A DNA stretch of 64,000 nucleotides from Felis catus (lineage: Eukaryota), in the NCBI RefSeq assembly GCF_018350175.1, contig NC_058368.1, forward strand, positions 61,940,001 to 62,004,000, written 5' to 3'. Positions 37,271-49,224 of this stretch are shown in pieces. Below the pieces are notes generated by a model. The model saw nothing but the letters and a program-made list of their open reading frames with translations, made no database searches and was not told the origin of the DNA. The position numbers and the translations under genes are program-made. Every line of letters starts with the position of its first letter. Position 1 is the stretch's first letter.

Positions 37271-37506
37271 TGTGACTTACTAAAATTTTCTGTTGATTCC
37301 CAAGTTTGTATATTTTGAAGGAGAATTAAATATCCCTCTTCCTTGCCCCCCCCCATACACTGCTTTATATTACATTAATACAGAACTCAGTCTTGGCTGT
37401 TTTGTTTTAATTACCACCTGACACTCAGACAAGCAAACAAAATGCATAGCACTGATCTAATTTGCATTTGAAATAGTGGAATTTAATCTTTTCAATCATG
37501 TGATTT

Positions 37507-37726
37507 AAAAAAAAAATTTTTTTAATGTGTATTTATTTTTGAGAGAGACAGAGACAGAATGTGAGTGCGTTAGGGCCAGAGAGAGAGGGAGACACAGAAG
37601 CAAAAGCAGGCTCCAGGCTGTGAGCTGTCAGCACAGAGCCCGACACAGGGCTCGAACTCACAAGCTGTGAGACCATGACCTGAGCCAAAGTCAGAGGCTC
37701 AACCGACTGAGTCAACCAGATGCCCA
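37507..37726 (-). mobile_element. CanSINE (SINEC_Fc)
   Basis: 14-bp TSD CAATCATGTGATTT at 37493-37506 and 37727-37740. Confidence 0.95.
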
Positions 37727-37794
37727 CAATCATGTGATTTTTGAAAGTGATGTGTTTTGTTCACTACGGTGATGGTAGTAAGTTGAATCAGGTT

Positions 37795-38190
37795 TTAGAG
37801 ACTGGTATTGGAAACCAGATCTGGGCACGAGATTTGCTCATTGCTACTGGGATGTCTCTGCATGTAGGCACGTTAGCTAAGGAATAAGAAGTTGTATATA
37901 CCCCCAATATATACACTTATCTGCAAATATATCTATGCATAACCATATGTTATGTTAAGCCAAGGATGAGTTCACTCTGATGTTGCCCACTGTAATCCGT
38001 TAACGCATGCATCATTCTGGCCTCTTCCCCTTGCTTATCTGTGGCCTGCTACTCCAACAATGAAGAACCTGGCTCCCACTTACTGCCATTCATTGGCTCC
38101 CACTTATTTGCTTAATGTTTTAACTCCAGTACTCTTGTAGTGTAGTTTCAGAACTGTTAAATTGTATCTCCACGGGAAACAATTTTAGCA
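37795..38190 (-). mobile_element. L1MC-type 3' UTR fragment
   Basis: GAAACCAGATCTGGGC..GCTCATTGCTACTGGG and ATGAGTTCACTCTGATG, homologous to 12840-13170. Confidence 0.7.
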
Positions 38191-38536
38191 AATGTAATGT
38201 ATGCATTTGACTTTGAGTTCCAGTTGTGTTTATTTCTGCTCTGATTATGTCATCCTTAATAATCAATGAACAAGAATATTTTTAATATGACAGAAACATG
38301 AAAGGAAACTATCAGAGAGAAGTCAATAAGAATAAAATGCATCTATGATGATAAAAACAAATAGATGATAAAGCATGCCAGTTATTATCTTATTTACACA
38401 TTTAGCTTAAAATGTATGTTAAGTAGTTGAATGTTTATTTTAACTGAAACTAAGCCATTGTATTTGTGCCTCTTGTTTGCTTACTAAGGATACTTTGTGG
38501 TGAAAATTTAACCCTTGTAAAGGAAGAATTTGAGTC

Positions 38537-38753
38537 GGGGCGCCTGGGTGGCTCAGTCGGTTAAGCGTCCAACTTCAGCCCAGGTCATGATCTCACGGTC
38601 TGTGGGTTTCAGCCCCGCGTCGGGCTCTGGGCGGCTCAGAGCCTGGAGCCTGCTTCCAATTCTGTGTCTCCCTCTCTCTCTGACCCTCCCCCGTTCATGC
38701 TCTGTCTCTGTCTCAAAAGTAAAATAAACGTTAAAAAAATTAAAAAAAAAAAA
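38537..38753 (+). mobile_element. CanSINE (SINEC_Fc)
   Basis: Full head and A tail; imperfect TSD AAG(G/A)AAGAATTT(G/C)AGTC. Confidence 0.96.
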
Positions 38754-38811
38754 AAAGAAAGAATTTCAGTCTTGACCTACTACATTTTATAAGGAATTGA
38801 AAGCTTAAACA

Positions 38812-39063
38812 GGGACGCCTGGATGGTTCAGTCAGCTAAGCGTTGGACTCTAGATCTCAGCTCAGGCCATGATCTTACAGTTTGTGGGATCGAACCCCAA
38901 GCTGGACTCTACGCTGACGGCATGGAGCCTGCTTAGGACTTTCTTTCTTCCTCTCTCTTTCTGCTCCTCTCCAGCTTGTATGTTTGTATGTTGGTGCTCA
39001 TGTGTGTATGCTCTCTCTCTCTCTCTCTCTCTGTCTCAAAATAAATACATTAAAGAAAAAAAA
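38812..39063 (+). mobile_element. CanSINE (older variant)
   Basis: GGGACGCCTGGATGGTTCAG head, (CT)n and A tail; TSD AGCTTAAACA at 38802-38811 and 39299-39308. Confidence 0.92.
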
Positions 39064-39078
39064 AAAAAAGAAATAGCT

Positions 39079-39287
39079 GGGCTGTCTGGGTGGCTCCGTT
39101 GGTTAAGCATCCGAATTCAGCTCTGGTCATGATCTCATGGTTCGTGAGTTTGAGCCCTGCATCAGGATCTGTGCTGACAGCTCAGAGCCTGGAACCTCCT
39201 TCGGATTCTGTGTCTCCGTCTCTCTCTCTCTCTGCCTCTCTGTGCCTCTCTCTCTGTCTCTCAAAAATGAGTAAACATTAAAAAAAG
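39079..39287 (+). mobile_element. CanSINE inserted in the tail/TSD of the preceding SINE
   Basis: TSD AAAAAAGAAATAGCT at 39064-39078 and 39288-39302. Confidence 0.93.
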
Positions 39288-41777
39288 AAAAAAGAAATAG
39301 CTTAAACAATAATGTGTATGTGATAAAAACTCTTTTGGAAAATAAAATTGTTTAATTAAAAACACTCATAATTACTCTCTTCTACATCTTAAAACTGTTT
39401 AGCCACTTCATCTCACCTAAGAACTCTACTAGTTGGTTAATGACCTCATATTAGTTTGGACAGAATCCAGTGAGTGAATTCAATACCTTTCATTCAGAAA
39501 ACTGCCTATATTCATATGTTTTATTGTTCTTCAACTTCATAGTGCTGAATTCCTGTGTAAACTAAAATGTTATGCCCTCTCTCTAGTCAGAGAAATTACA
39601 TTTGAGGGAGTCTATTAGTTTTGAGTCCTGCCACACAGCAGTATAGAAATAAAAATACAATATAATAAGTAAACTAGATGTAATCAAAGAGAAGGGGAAA
39701 AATTCACTCATTTGAGAAAGAAACCTGAACTTTAGTTGTGACTATTTTTTTTAACCTTTAGCAAGTGCAAAATACTGACATAATAGATACGTATAAATAA
39801 AGACCTGCTTTGGTTTTCCATCCCAGTAACACTTGCTGTCATAACTAATATCCTCCTCCCTGTAGTAATATGGTGTGAACCCTATTGAACTTTCCTGGTA
39901 TTTTCCCTGACCAACAGCTTGCAATCCAAAGTTAAATTTTATAAATGGAGAGGACCAATTAGTATACTACCTTGCAGTGTGACCTTGGTAGAGGGGGGAA
40001 AGTCTCTCTCTCTCTCTCTCTCTCGTAAATTTAAGATTATGTAACAAGTGAAGTATAAATCATTTTTTGTTTGTGAATCCTTGAAGAACTTGGCCCAAAA
40101 AAGTAGCTTAGTAGTGATAAATGTATTTGACTCTTTCAGTTATTTGGGGAAAATAGCAAACTGCAACTCAAGTGTTTCTTGTTCCTGAACACCTCTGGGA
40201 CCTGAAGTTACTATTTCCTTCTCTCTAGGAGCAGAATCTGTCAAAAGGAAATTTATGGAAGATTGCCAGCCTTGTATAATTTATAAGAACAATGAAGAAT
40301 CTTGGACATTGCTGATTCTTAAGGACATTTAGCAATTTTTGTTCATTTGTTTCATTTTGTTTTATTTTGTTTTATTTCAATAGGAGATGAATATATTGGA
40401 GTAAAAAGAAAAATGCAAAATAGGACTGTGTGGAGCAAATGAAGTAGTATTAGGAAAGGAGAAGGTGTCCAAATAAGAAATTCTCTGAAGGTAGAGGAAT
40501 TCAAATTGTAATAAAATTTTGAAGAAGTAAAATGATTTAAGGACTGGTGGAATTGCTATGGCCTTAGTTTATCTTCAGCTAACCAGGACAAAAGAAAACC
40601 TAGAACCAATTTATAAACTGCTTTATGGAGCTCCTAAAGAAAATGAATATATTGTGTGTGTGTTCCATTGTATAATCTGATAGAACTGCGAATATATACA
40701 AATTACAAAAAGAAGTCCATCTATTTATAGGGTAGGTTATGATGAACTTGGGATACCTTAGAGGAGTTTTGGAGAGGAGAAAATGTGCGAATGCTATCCT
40801 ATTTTTTGACTGAATCCTATAAGTCTACCAAGAGTAGCCAGATTTAACGGACTAGCATCCTCCACTCAAAGTTTTGGTCCACCGTTAGGTGCTGTAAGCC
40901 AGTAACTGGTACCTACCTCAGATTGAGCTACACATTTAATGCATGCTGGGAAATCAACAGACCAAGGCCGCAGTGCAGGAAGAGGCTATTTCTCTCTTAC
41001 ACTAGCTGATTAGAACTTACAGGTAAAAGAAAAAGACTCTGATTAGCACTGCTTTAACCCTTATGATTTTACAGTGCCTACAGAATTTTAGCTGAGAGCC
41101 ATTTTATTCTTTATTATTATGATATGATATAGGCTATGCTAGAGTGGTAGCTACATCTAATATTTGCAAGGCCCCAGAAATATTAGACAATTGTCCTGTA
41201 GTAATTATTTTTGTCAAGGAAAGTCAATTATTTGGAGAACTTGATTAAAGAATTACTAATTAATAGCATTATCTCAAAGTACCAAGCCCACATTAATTGT
41301 GAATTGTTGTAGGGCAGAAGAAATTAGAGAAAATTAATATGTGTGCAGATTATCACAAAAGATTGATTTGTTTAAATTCTGCTAGGCACAGAATGTCCTA
41401 GATTGCTTAGTAGCAAGCTGGTCTAGTTTCAGATTAGTAGATAATTTGAGTTTAGGAAAGCAGATAAACATATTCATCTGGCCAATAGGATATTTTTTAA
41501 ATTCAGAGATGCCTTAGAAAAATCTCTGAAACCCAAGCCTCCTTGCAAGCACTGATATTTGAGTATGTTCCACTATGTTCAGGAATATGAATTATCTACA
41601 GGTGCAAGTCTATTTTGATAACTATTGAATTTAAAGAGGTTGGAAAAAGCATGATCAATGAATTGGGGAAAAAAGATTCTAACTGAGCACATAATAATGT
41701 TCAATTTTGTCATATCTTAGTGAAGTCATATCTTAGTGAAGTATTTTGGATCCATAGTAGCCAAACAATCGATAAAG

Positions 41778-41778
<1 letters not shown>

Positions 41779-41818
<40 letters not shown>
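41779..41818. repeat. (CA)n microsatellite
   Basis: About 20 perfect AC units. Confidence 0.98.
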
Positions 41819-41820
<2 letters not shown>

Positions 41821-42390
41821 CTTCCCCATATTTTTTATACCTACCAATGAATATAAGGAAATTAAAAGTGTTTACGGGTAGCAGTTAATTAGCCAGTGTG
41901 TCAAAAAATTCCTCAAGATAAAAAGAAAAGAGGTCTCTTATAAAGTTGGTGCTGGAAAAGCATATGAAGGAGGATGAGCTCAGTGTAGGCCCAAAAAGGA
42001 TATTCTGTCCCGTCTCCGCCAAACACAACATTGCAGAAGTTTCTCCTTAACTTTTGTTATGTGTCATTGTAGTTACTTTTGTTAGTTCTATTATGTGTTT
42101 ATATTAAAAGCTGATGCTATATCTGGGGTTAGGATACAGTATCTTTCCATGGGAAAAATACATCACATTTTCTCATGGGTATCTGATTGTAAATTCTACT
42201 TACTTATTTAACGTTCTTAATTGATAGCTATAGAAAAGAACTCTGGCTAATTCAAAACAAAAAAATGAGTTTTCTTTTATGCTTATAGTATGTGAAGCTA
42301 TTTTCATGCAGCCTATATTTAGAAGATAAAGAACCCTGAATATTGTACTTTTTTCAAAAGTGAAATTGCTACCAAAACTAGCATATTTTT

Positions 42391-42631
42391 TTTTTGTTTG
42401 TTTGTTTGTTTTTTTTAATTTTTTTTTTCAACGTTTATTTATTTTTGGGACAGAGAGAGACAGAGCATGAACGGGGGAGGGACAGAGAGAGAGTGAGACA
42501 CAGAATCGGAAACAGGCTCCAGGCTCTGAGCCATCAGCCCAGAGCCCGACGCGGGGCTCGAACTCACGGACCGTGAGATCGTGACCTGGCTGAAGTCGGA
42601 CGCTCAACCGACTGCGCCACCCAGGCGCCCC
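42391..42631 (-). mobile_element. Young CanSINE (SINEC_Fc)
   Basis: 17-bp TSD AAAACTAGCATATTTTT at 42374-42390 and 42632-42648. Confidence 0.98.
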
Positions 42632-42902
42632 AAAACTAGCATATTTTTGTCTATATATTGAGAGAAAGTAAAAAAAAATTGCATGACAGTGAATAAGGCT
42701 AGAATGATAAAACTATGGAAGTAAAACCATTCCAGAGAGGCCCAATAGCAATTCTGGCCTAGACGTGGAAAGAAGAAGTGGTGAACTTAGCAAGTTTATA
42801 GGAAATGTAGAGGAGTCAGTACCAGTGCTGAATACAATAATTGTCCAAGAAAAAAAGGAGACAGATTTGTTCTTTAGTATCAATCTTGTTTTGTGTAGTA
42901 GA

Positions 42903-43013
42903 TTTTATTTTATTTTATTTTTTTCCAAGTTTTTATTTAAATTCCAGGTAGTTAACATACAGTGCAATATTAGTTTCCGGTGTAGAATTTAGTGGTTCAT
43001 CACTTACATACAA
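42903..43013 (-). mobile_element. Short carnivore L1 3' end
   Basis: T-rich tail then TTTAAATTCC..TAGTTAACATACAGTG.AATATTAGTTTC.GGTGTAGAATTTAGTG.TTCATCACTTACATA. Confidence 0.85.
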
Positions 43014-43342
43014 TATTGGGTAATAAATTTTAAAAAATGAAATCCTCACTCTTATAAACCCGAAACTCCCTCAATATATTTAATAGTACTTCTCAAGGAC
43101 CTCTATAACCCATGATAGGATACTTCACTATTTCAAAGTTAAGGCTTTGACTTAAATGCTATCTTGATGTAAGCATTTCATTTAAAAATATTAAATGTCT
43201 ACTATATGGAAGGCATTGTACTTGATATTTTAAAAATCAGGTTAATTTTTAATGCTTTTTCAATATTCTAGATGAAAAAAGCATGAAATTAATAACTGGT
43301 AGTGCCAAATTCAGATTTAGATCCACATAATGCCAAATACTG

Positions 43343-43486
43343 TTTTTTGGTTTTGGGGGATTTTTTTGTAGGTTGTTTTTGTATTTTTTTTTGTTTTGGG
43401 TTTTTTTTTTGTTTTTTGGGTTTTTTTTGTTTTTTCGGGGTTTTTTTTGATTTTTTTGTCTTTTGTTTTTGTTTTTGTTTTTTTTG
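43343..43486. repeat. T/G-rich low-complexity (GTTTT)n-like tract
   Basis: Directly visible; gives the spurious F/C-rich and K/N-rich ORFs. Confidence 0.92.
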
Positions 43487-43977
43487 CTATAAACTTTTAG
43501 CTCTCTGTGTGTATGGATGGATCTACTTCTAGGCACCTAGTTAGTGTACTGACTTAGTTAAGGCTGATCCTGTATGCTCTCTAGAATCCTAAAGAGCTCA
43601 TGTTCATAGGAATATGAAGTTTTCAGACTCAAAAGAAAGTGCCATAAAGGACGTCATCGAGATAAAGAGGCCTCATATGTGCAAGTCACACTGTATGCAG
43701 TTTGTTTTTTAACAAATACACAGAATTTCAAATAATATGCTTCAGCACAGTCATATATGTGCTTCTTACATGTGCTTAATTCCAACATATCATAAATGCT
43801 GTTTTGATTTTTGTCATATCTACAGTATCTTATCCTAGGATGCCTGAGATTGTCCCTTAACTTTGGTTAGCTCTCTCCCATACTAGGCAATATAGCTCTG
43901 TTCCAAACAATGCAACACGCATTCAATGTCTTCACTTCTTAGCCCACATTCTATAATTAACCCAAAATGTGGAACAT

Positions 43978-44091
43978 GATATTATATTATGATATTCTGT
44001 TATGACATTATAGATTATGATATTGTGTTATACTATATTATATATGTTATGTTGTATCATATCATATCATATGGTATCATATCATATCATT
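43978..44091. repeat. Degenerate pentanucleotide repeat (ATATT/ATATC)n
   Basis: ATATTATATTATGATATT...ATCATATCATATCAT. Confidence 0.85.
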
Positions 44092-46051
44092 GACTTCTTT
44101 ATGATCTCAACTCTGGCCTAAAATAAGGAGATAGGTGTAACTAGTTCTATATTACCAAATTGCAATACTTCTTTGCTTTTATTCATTTTGTAATGAAGTA
44201 ATAGAATCAATCATGTAGGCAGTATATGTTGGAGTTACTACTTTCTTCACTTAAAAATGAGAAGATAGTATCATGACTTCGTTAGACAGAACAATATTAC
44301 TTCTTATTTACTTGATTAATTTTCATTTATTTCCTGTTTTGTTCAACTATTTTCAAATCAGTCTCATAATATATAGAGATACATCTTTGTCTTAAATTGC
44401 ATTTGGAAATAAAAAATTCCAATAATACAAGTTCTTAACATTAATAGGAAACGCGCCAAATTTTCTAAACCTTTCCCCACATAGACACTTATTTGAGTCT
44501 TTGTGCACAAACAGCAACAACAGACTATGTGTTCATTTTCCTCCCTGGTTCAAAAGAAAACATACACCATGGAAGACATTGAATGACTGAATCCTGGCTC
44601 TCACAGAAAGATTCAAATACTGGCTTCCAATACACTTTTAAGAGTGCTCTGTATAATAAATGTGAACTTCAAGCTTCACACAAGTATTTATTTAGCCTGC
44701 AAAAATAAATCAAAAGAAATACAATTTAACCATTGACCAATGTGCTACCCTTTTTTCCAAGCAGGTGAGTTTTTTTTTCCTAATATCAATGTTTTGAAGA
44801 GTTGTTTTGAGATAAAAAAGTTCTTTTCTCCTTTTCTTGAAGCAAAGAAAAAGTAGAAATTTTATGATTCTTCCTTATCTAGAGAACTCCATTCTATTCA
44901 GTTAATGTCCAACTTTTATGTTCTTATATTAATAAACGAGCTCTTTCTTTATGTCATCAAATGCAGTTCACATCTGGCTTTGCTGATTGTTAATCCATGC
45001 TGTCATGAGCAAGGCCACTTACGGACAGAAGAAATACTGCCACCAGGAGCTTTTGTCTGGGATTTTTATTCCTTTCTTCTATTTGTTATGAAAAGACACA
45101 TACAGGGCATTTTGATTCTACAAAAACATGTTGTAGATAAACACTTATTCCTACTCAAACATTATCAGCTTTTAACAGAAATGAATTCTTGACACAGTGT
45201 TTTGTAGGTAATTAGCCAATTCAGTCATCTGCAGAAGCAGAAAATAAATCAGCACCTAAGGGTGAGTGGCCAATATTTGAGATACTAAGCATTTCCTTTT
45301 TGAAATATACAGTCTATATTTAATATGGGAATTAAAATTAGTCACTGCCAATAGAACTGGCAGGAAAGACAACTCATTACAGATTGGAGAAATTTAATCC
45401 TTTTATAAAGACTTCATTGTGACTATCATTCTTATATATAGTCTTAAAGGCATACAGATGCAAGTGATTATTCTAAGTGATTCTTATTAAGCATTTCAGA
45501 TATTAACTACTAAAATAAAAATTATTATACTACACTAAGACATGTTTATGCTCTCTTTTTGAAGTGTGCTAAGAGAGAATATGGTTTTGTATGCTTCACG
45601 ATTATTGGCATTTTTTTCTGGAGTTTGCAAGGACAGAATACAATTTTAGGAGAAGAAGGTCTAAGGGGAAACCTAATGCAGAAATGTTTTATAGATGAAC
45701 AAAGTCAAAAATAGCCTGTTGGGGAGTGAGGTGGTATAGTCACATTATACAAAGGAGACTGGAAGAGAGAAACATAAAAAACAAAACATAAAAAAACAAA
45801 AAAGAAGATCCTTTTAAAAAAGAGAGGTTTTGTTATAACTATTCCAAGCAATTGAACCAAATAAAGGAAGAAATGTGACTCCTGGATATAAACATCAGAG
45901 TAAGGTAGATTTTGTCTGTAGTATTGAGAGCAAAAAAGAACTAGAATTGGGGAAAATTTGTTTCCCTTTCAATAAAACAGTCATGGTCAAAAGAAGTGGG
46001 GCACCACTTACATAAAAAATAAGAGATAGGTGTAAAAAGTAGGTGTTAAAA

Positions 46052-46282
46052 GGGGCACCTGGGTGTCTCAGTCGGTTGAGTGTCTGACTTTGGCTCAGGT
46101 CATCATCCCACGGTTTGTGAGCCTGAGCCCCACCTCAGGCTCTGTGCTGACAACTTAGAGCCTGGAACGTGCTTCCAATTCTGTGTCTCCCCCTCTCCCC
46201 CCGTCTCTGTCCCTCCCCCACTCTCACTCTTTCTCTCTCTCTCAAAAATAAATAAACGTTTAAAATTTTTTAATAAAAAAAT
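46052..46282 (+). mobile_element. CanSINE (SINEC_Fc)
   Basis: TSD TAGGTGTAAAAAGTA at 46027-46041 and 46283-46297. Confidence 0.94.
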
Positions 46283-46970
46283 TAGGTGTAAAAAGTAAAA
46301 CCTAACAATAGGATTTACTGTTGATGATGTTGTTGTTTTTGTTGTTTACAGTCATAGAGACTTTAGCCTCAGGCCTCTGCATTGCAAGTTCTCCATCAAT
46401 GTTAGTAAACTAATATTTACGTGCTGACAGAGGAGGCGCTAGGAAAAGGGGGTTTGGAAGTATTCCAGGGCAGGAAGCACAGACAGTACAGCAAGTTCTT
46501 AGAGGAGTAGGAAAGGAATGTTTGAGAAAACAATGAAATTGTAGGGAAAGACCAGCAATATGTATGTGAGGAAAGTATTAAGTCTACAGTGAGGATTGTG
46601 GAAAGTTGTGGAATTCCAATGTAAGAACATGTACAGTAAGAGGGCACATGAGAGGTTTCCTTTTGAGGTTTTAGAAAAGATTTGCAGAACAAAATGAGGT
46701 GATGTCCAGATAAACTTTGTTTTTGAATTTGTTTTGATGGAAGGGAACTGAACTTTTTTACTGGTAACAGGAAAGGAGGAAGAAGAAAGAGAAATTTACA
46801 AAACGGTGAGAGAGAAGATTTCAGTTTGTGTTATGTCACACTGTCGTCTCTCCCCCATGAGTCCCTCTCAGAACCTTCAACCATTTCATGACTTGCACGG
46901 ATCACAAGTGTGTTTGTGATGAGAAATCGCTTCTTGAACACATCTGCCTTCTGTTTAATTTTGGCCTTTG

Positions 46971-47167
46971 AAAAAAAATAGTGTTTATTTTTGAGAGAGA
47001 GAGAGACCACGAGCAGGGGAGGGGCAGAGACAGAGTGGCAGACAAAGGATCTTAAGCTGGCTTTGTGCTGACAACAGAGAGCCCATGCAGAGCTCGAACT
47101 CACAAACCGTGAGATCATGACCAGAGCCTAAGTCAGACGCTTAACTGATTGAGCCACCCGGGCGGCC
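46971..47167 (-). mobile_element. CanSINE
   Basis: Inverse body GCTCGAACTCACAAACCGTGAGATCATGACC...GAGCCACCCGGGCG. Confidence 0.92.
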
Positions 47168-47954
47168 TCATTTTGTGTCTTTTTAGAGAGCTTATATTTT
47201 AGGTCATAAGTGCCTGCCTCTTTATACCCTAAAAGGATGTTCAGTTAATGAGACCTGATTGTTCTTGCAGTCAGAGGCACTACCACCAAGAGAAACATGG
47301 AGTTCTCTTGCAGTTGAAAAGGGAAGTCCCAGGAAAGCACATGTAGAATTTGAAGGAGGGTACAAGGTTTGATCTGACAAGTGAATGCATTTTGCAGCCC
47401 AAGTAATTCCCTAACAGTATTGGCAGCTTTTACTTTTAGATTATACCGAGTTAGAGAGCAAAGTTTCTGAGGAAGCTATTGATGCTGTGCAATGGTAGGT
47501 GGATGGGGATTCTGCACGCAAGATGGTCAAGATGGTAATGCAGGTAATGCAGTTTCCTGACCAAGGAGGACAAAAGACATAGAATCAAGCTTGTGCTCTG
47601 CAGACAAGGCATGCCCTTTCTACCATTTTCCTCCACACAAGGTACTGTGTATTCACAAGTTATTCAGTTCCAGGACTGCAACCACCCAGAAAGAGAAGCA
47701 TTTTTTTCTAAATTACAGGAAGGTGACTTATGGGCTAGAAATAGGACTTGAGCAGGAGCAATCTCTGCCTCTTTTTTACAGAATTCGAACTGTTTTTCTA
47801 ATCATAACTTTTTTTCCATATTTGATAAAATCATTACGAATCAAGTTAATTTTATGACTTCGTTAAGTTAAATATTAAATATATGTTTAAATTAAATATG
47901 TCACATGAATCCACTGTAAATATATGTAAAATACCAATAAAAGGCAAAAGAATA

Positions 47955-48190
47955 AATGACTGAAGGGGAGCGAGAGGTACAGGCTCCAGTTACAGAGTGA
48001 ATAAGTCACAGGGATAAAAGATTCAGATTTCGTTGTAGGGAATTTAATCAATGGTGCTGTACTCATGTGGTGACAGGTGGCAGCTACTTGTGGTGAGCAC
48101 ACCATAACAGACAGACTTATCAAGTCTCCATGTTGTACACCTGAAACTAATGGGACATTTTGTGTTAACTAGATTTCAACAAAGGATAAA
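47955..48190 (+). mobile_element. Carnivore L1 (L1_Carn-like) 3' end
   Basis: GAGGTACAGGCTCCAGTTA..GAATAAGTCAC..GGTGACAGGTGGCAGCTACTTGTGGTGAGCA..TGTTGTACACCTGAAACTAAT. Confidence 0.85.
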
Positions 48191-48206
48191 AGAATAAAGG
48201 AAGCTT

Positions 48207-48430
48207 GGGGCGCCTGGGTGGCTCAGTCGGTTAAGCGTCCAACTTTGGCTCAGGTCACGATCTCACGGTTTGTGAGTTCGAGCTCCGTGTTGGGCTCTGT
48301 GCTGATAGCTCAAGCCTGGAGCCTGCTTCGGATTCTGTGTCTCCTCTCTCTCTGCCCCTCCCCAACTTGTGCTCTGTCTCTCTATGCCTCTCAAAATAAA
48401 TAAATAAGTAAATGTAAAAGAAAAAAAAGC
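48207..48430 (+). mobile_element. CanSINE (SINEC_Fc)
   Basis: TSD ATAAAGGAAGCT at 48194-48205 and 48431-48442. Confidence 0.96.
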
Positions 48431-49000
48431 ATAAAGGAAGCTAAAATGGAATGAGAAGAACAAGATTACTAGAAAACATTAGGCATATGAATATATAAAA
48501 AGAAAAGAGTGATGTGTAAAACATTACCTACAGTTATGTGTATCCATTTAAAAATCAGATCAGGTAAAATGAGCTCTAAAATGGATGGAGGGACACAGAC
48601 AGCAGCACGGAGTCTGCACTGAACGTGTCTGCACATGAAATATGGCATTTCCTACTATATTTTACCCCCAAATGATCACAGATAGTCCCTTGGCATATGA
48701 GGTCCTCAGTTTGGAGGTGCTCAGAGGAAATTTCTTTATGCTCTATCCCTTCTCTTTGTGCATTCCCAAGTTGCAACTGTGAATTTAGAAATGTAACAAA
48801 TTGCTTGGGCTGGGGTAGGGGTGGCGGTGGGAAGTGGAGGAAGTGGGAGGAGTTAATTAATCCTTTCCAGCACATTTAGGCTGATCTGCCTGCCAACTCA
48901 GGCACTTCTTAAAGCTGATCTCCAAGCTAAAATTAAATGCAAGTTTAACACCATTTCATGTTAAATAAATCTTTAATATACTTTAAAAAATACAATATTA

Positions 49001-49224
49001 GGGCACCTGGGTGGCTTAGTCATTGGCTAAGCATTCAGCTCAGGTCATGAACTCATGGTTGGTGGGATTGAGCCCCGCATCAGGCTCTGTGCTGACAGCT
49101 CAGAGCCTGGAGCCGGCTTCGGAGTCTGTGTCTCCCTCTCTCTCTGCCCCCTCCCCTGTTCATGTTCTGTCTCCCTCTTTCAAAAAATAGATAAACATTA
49201 AAAAAAGTAAAATAAAATAAAAAT
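49001..49224 (+). mobile_element. CanSINE (SINEC_Fc)
   Basis: TSD TACAATATTA at 48991-49000 and 49225-49234. Confidence 0.95.
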
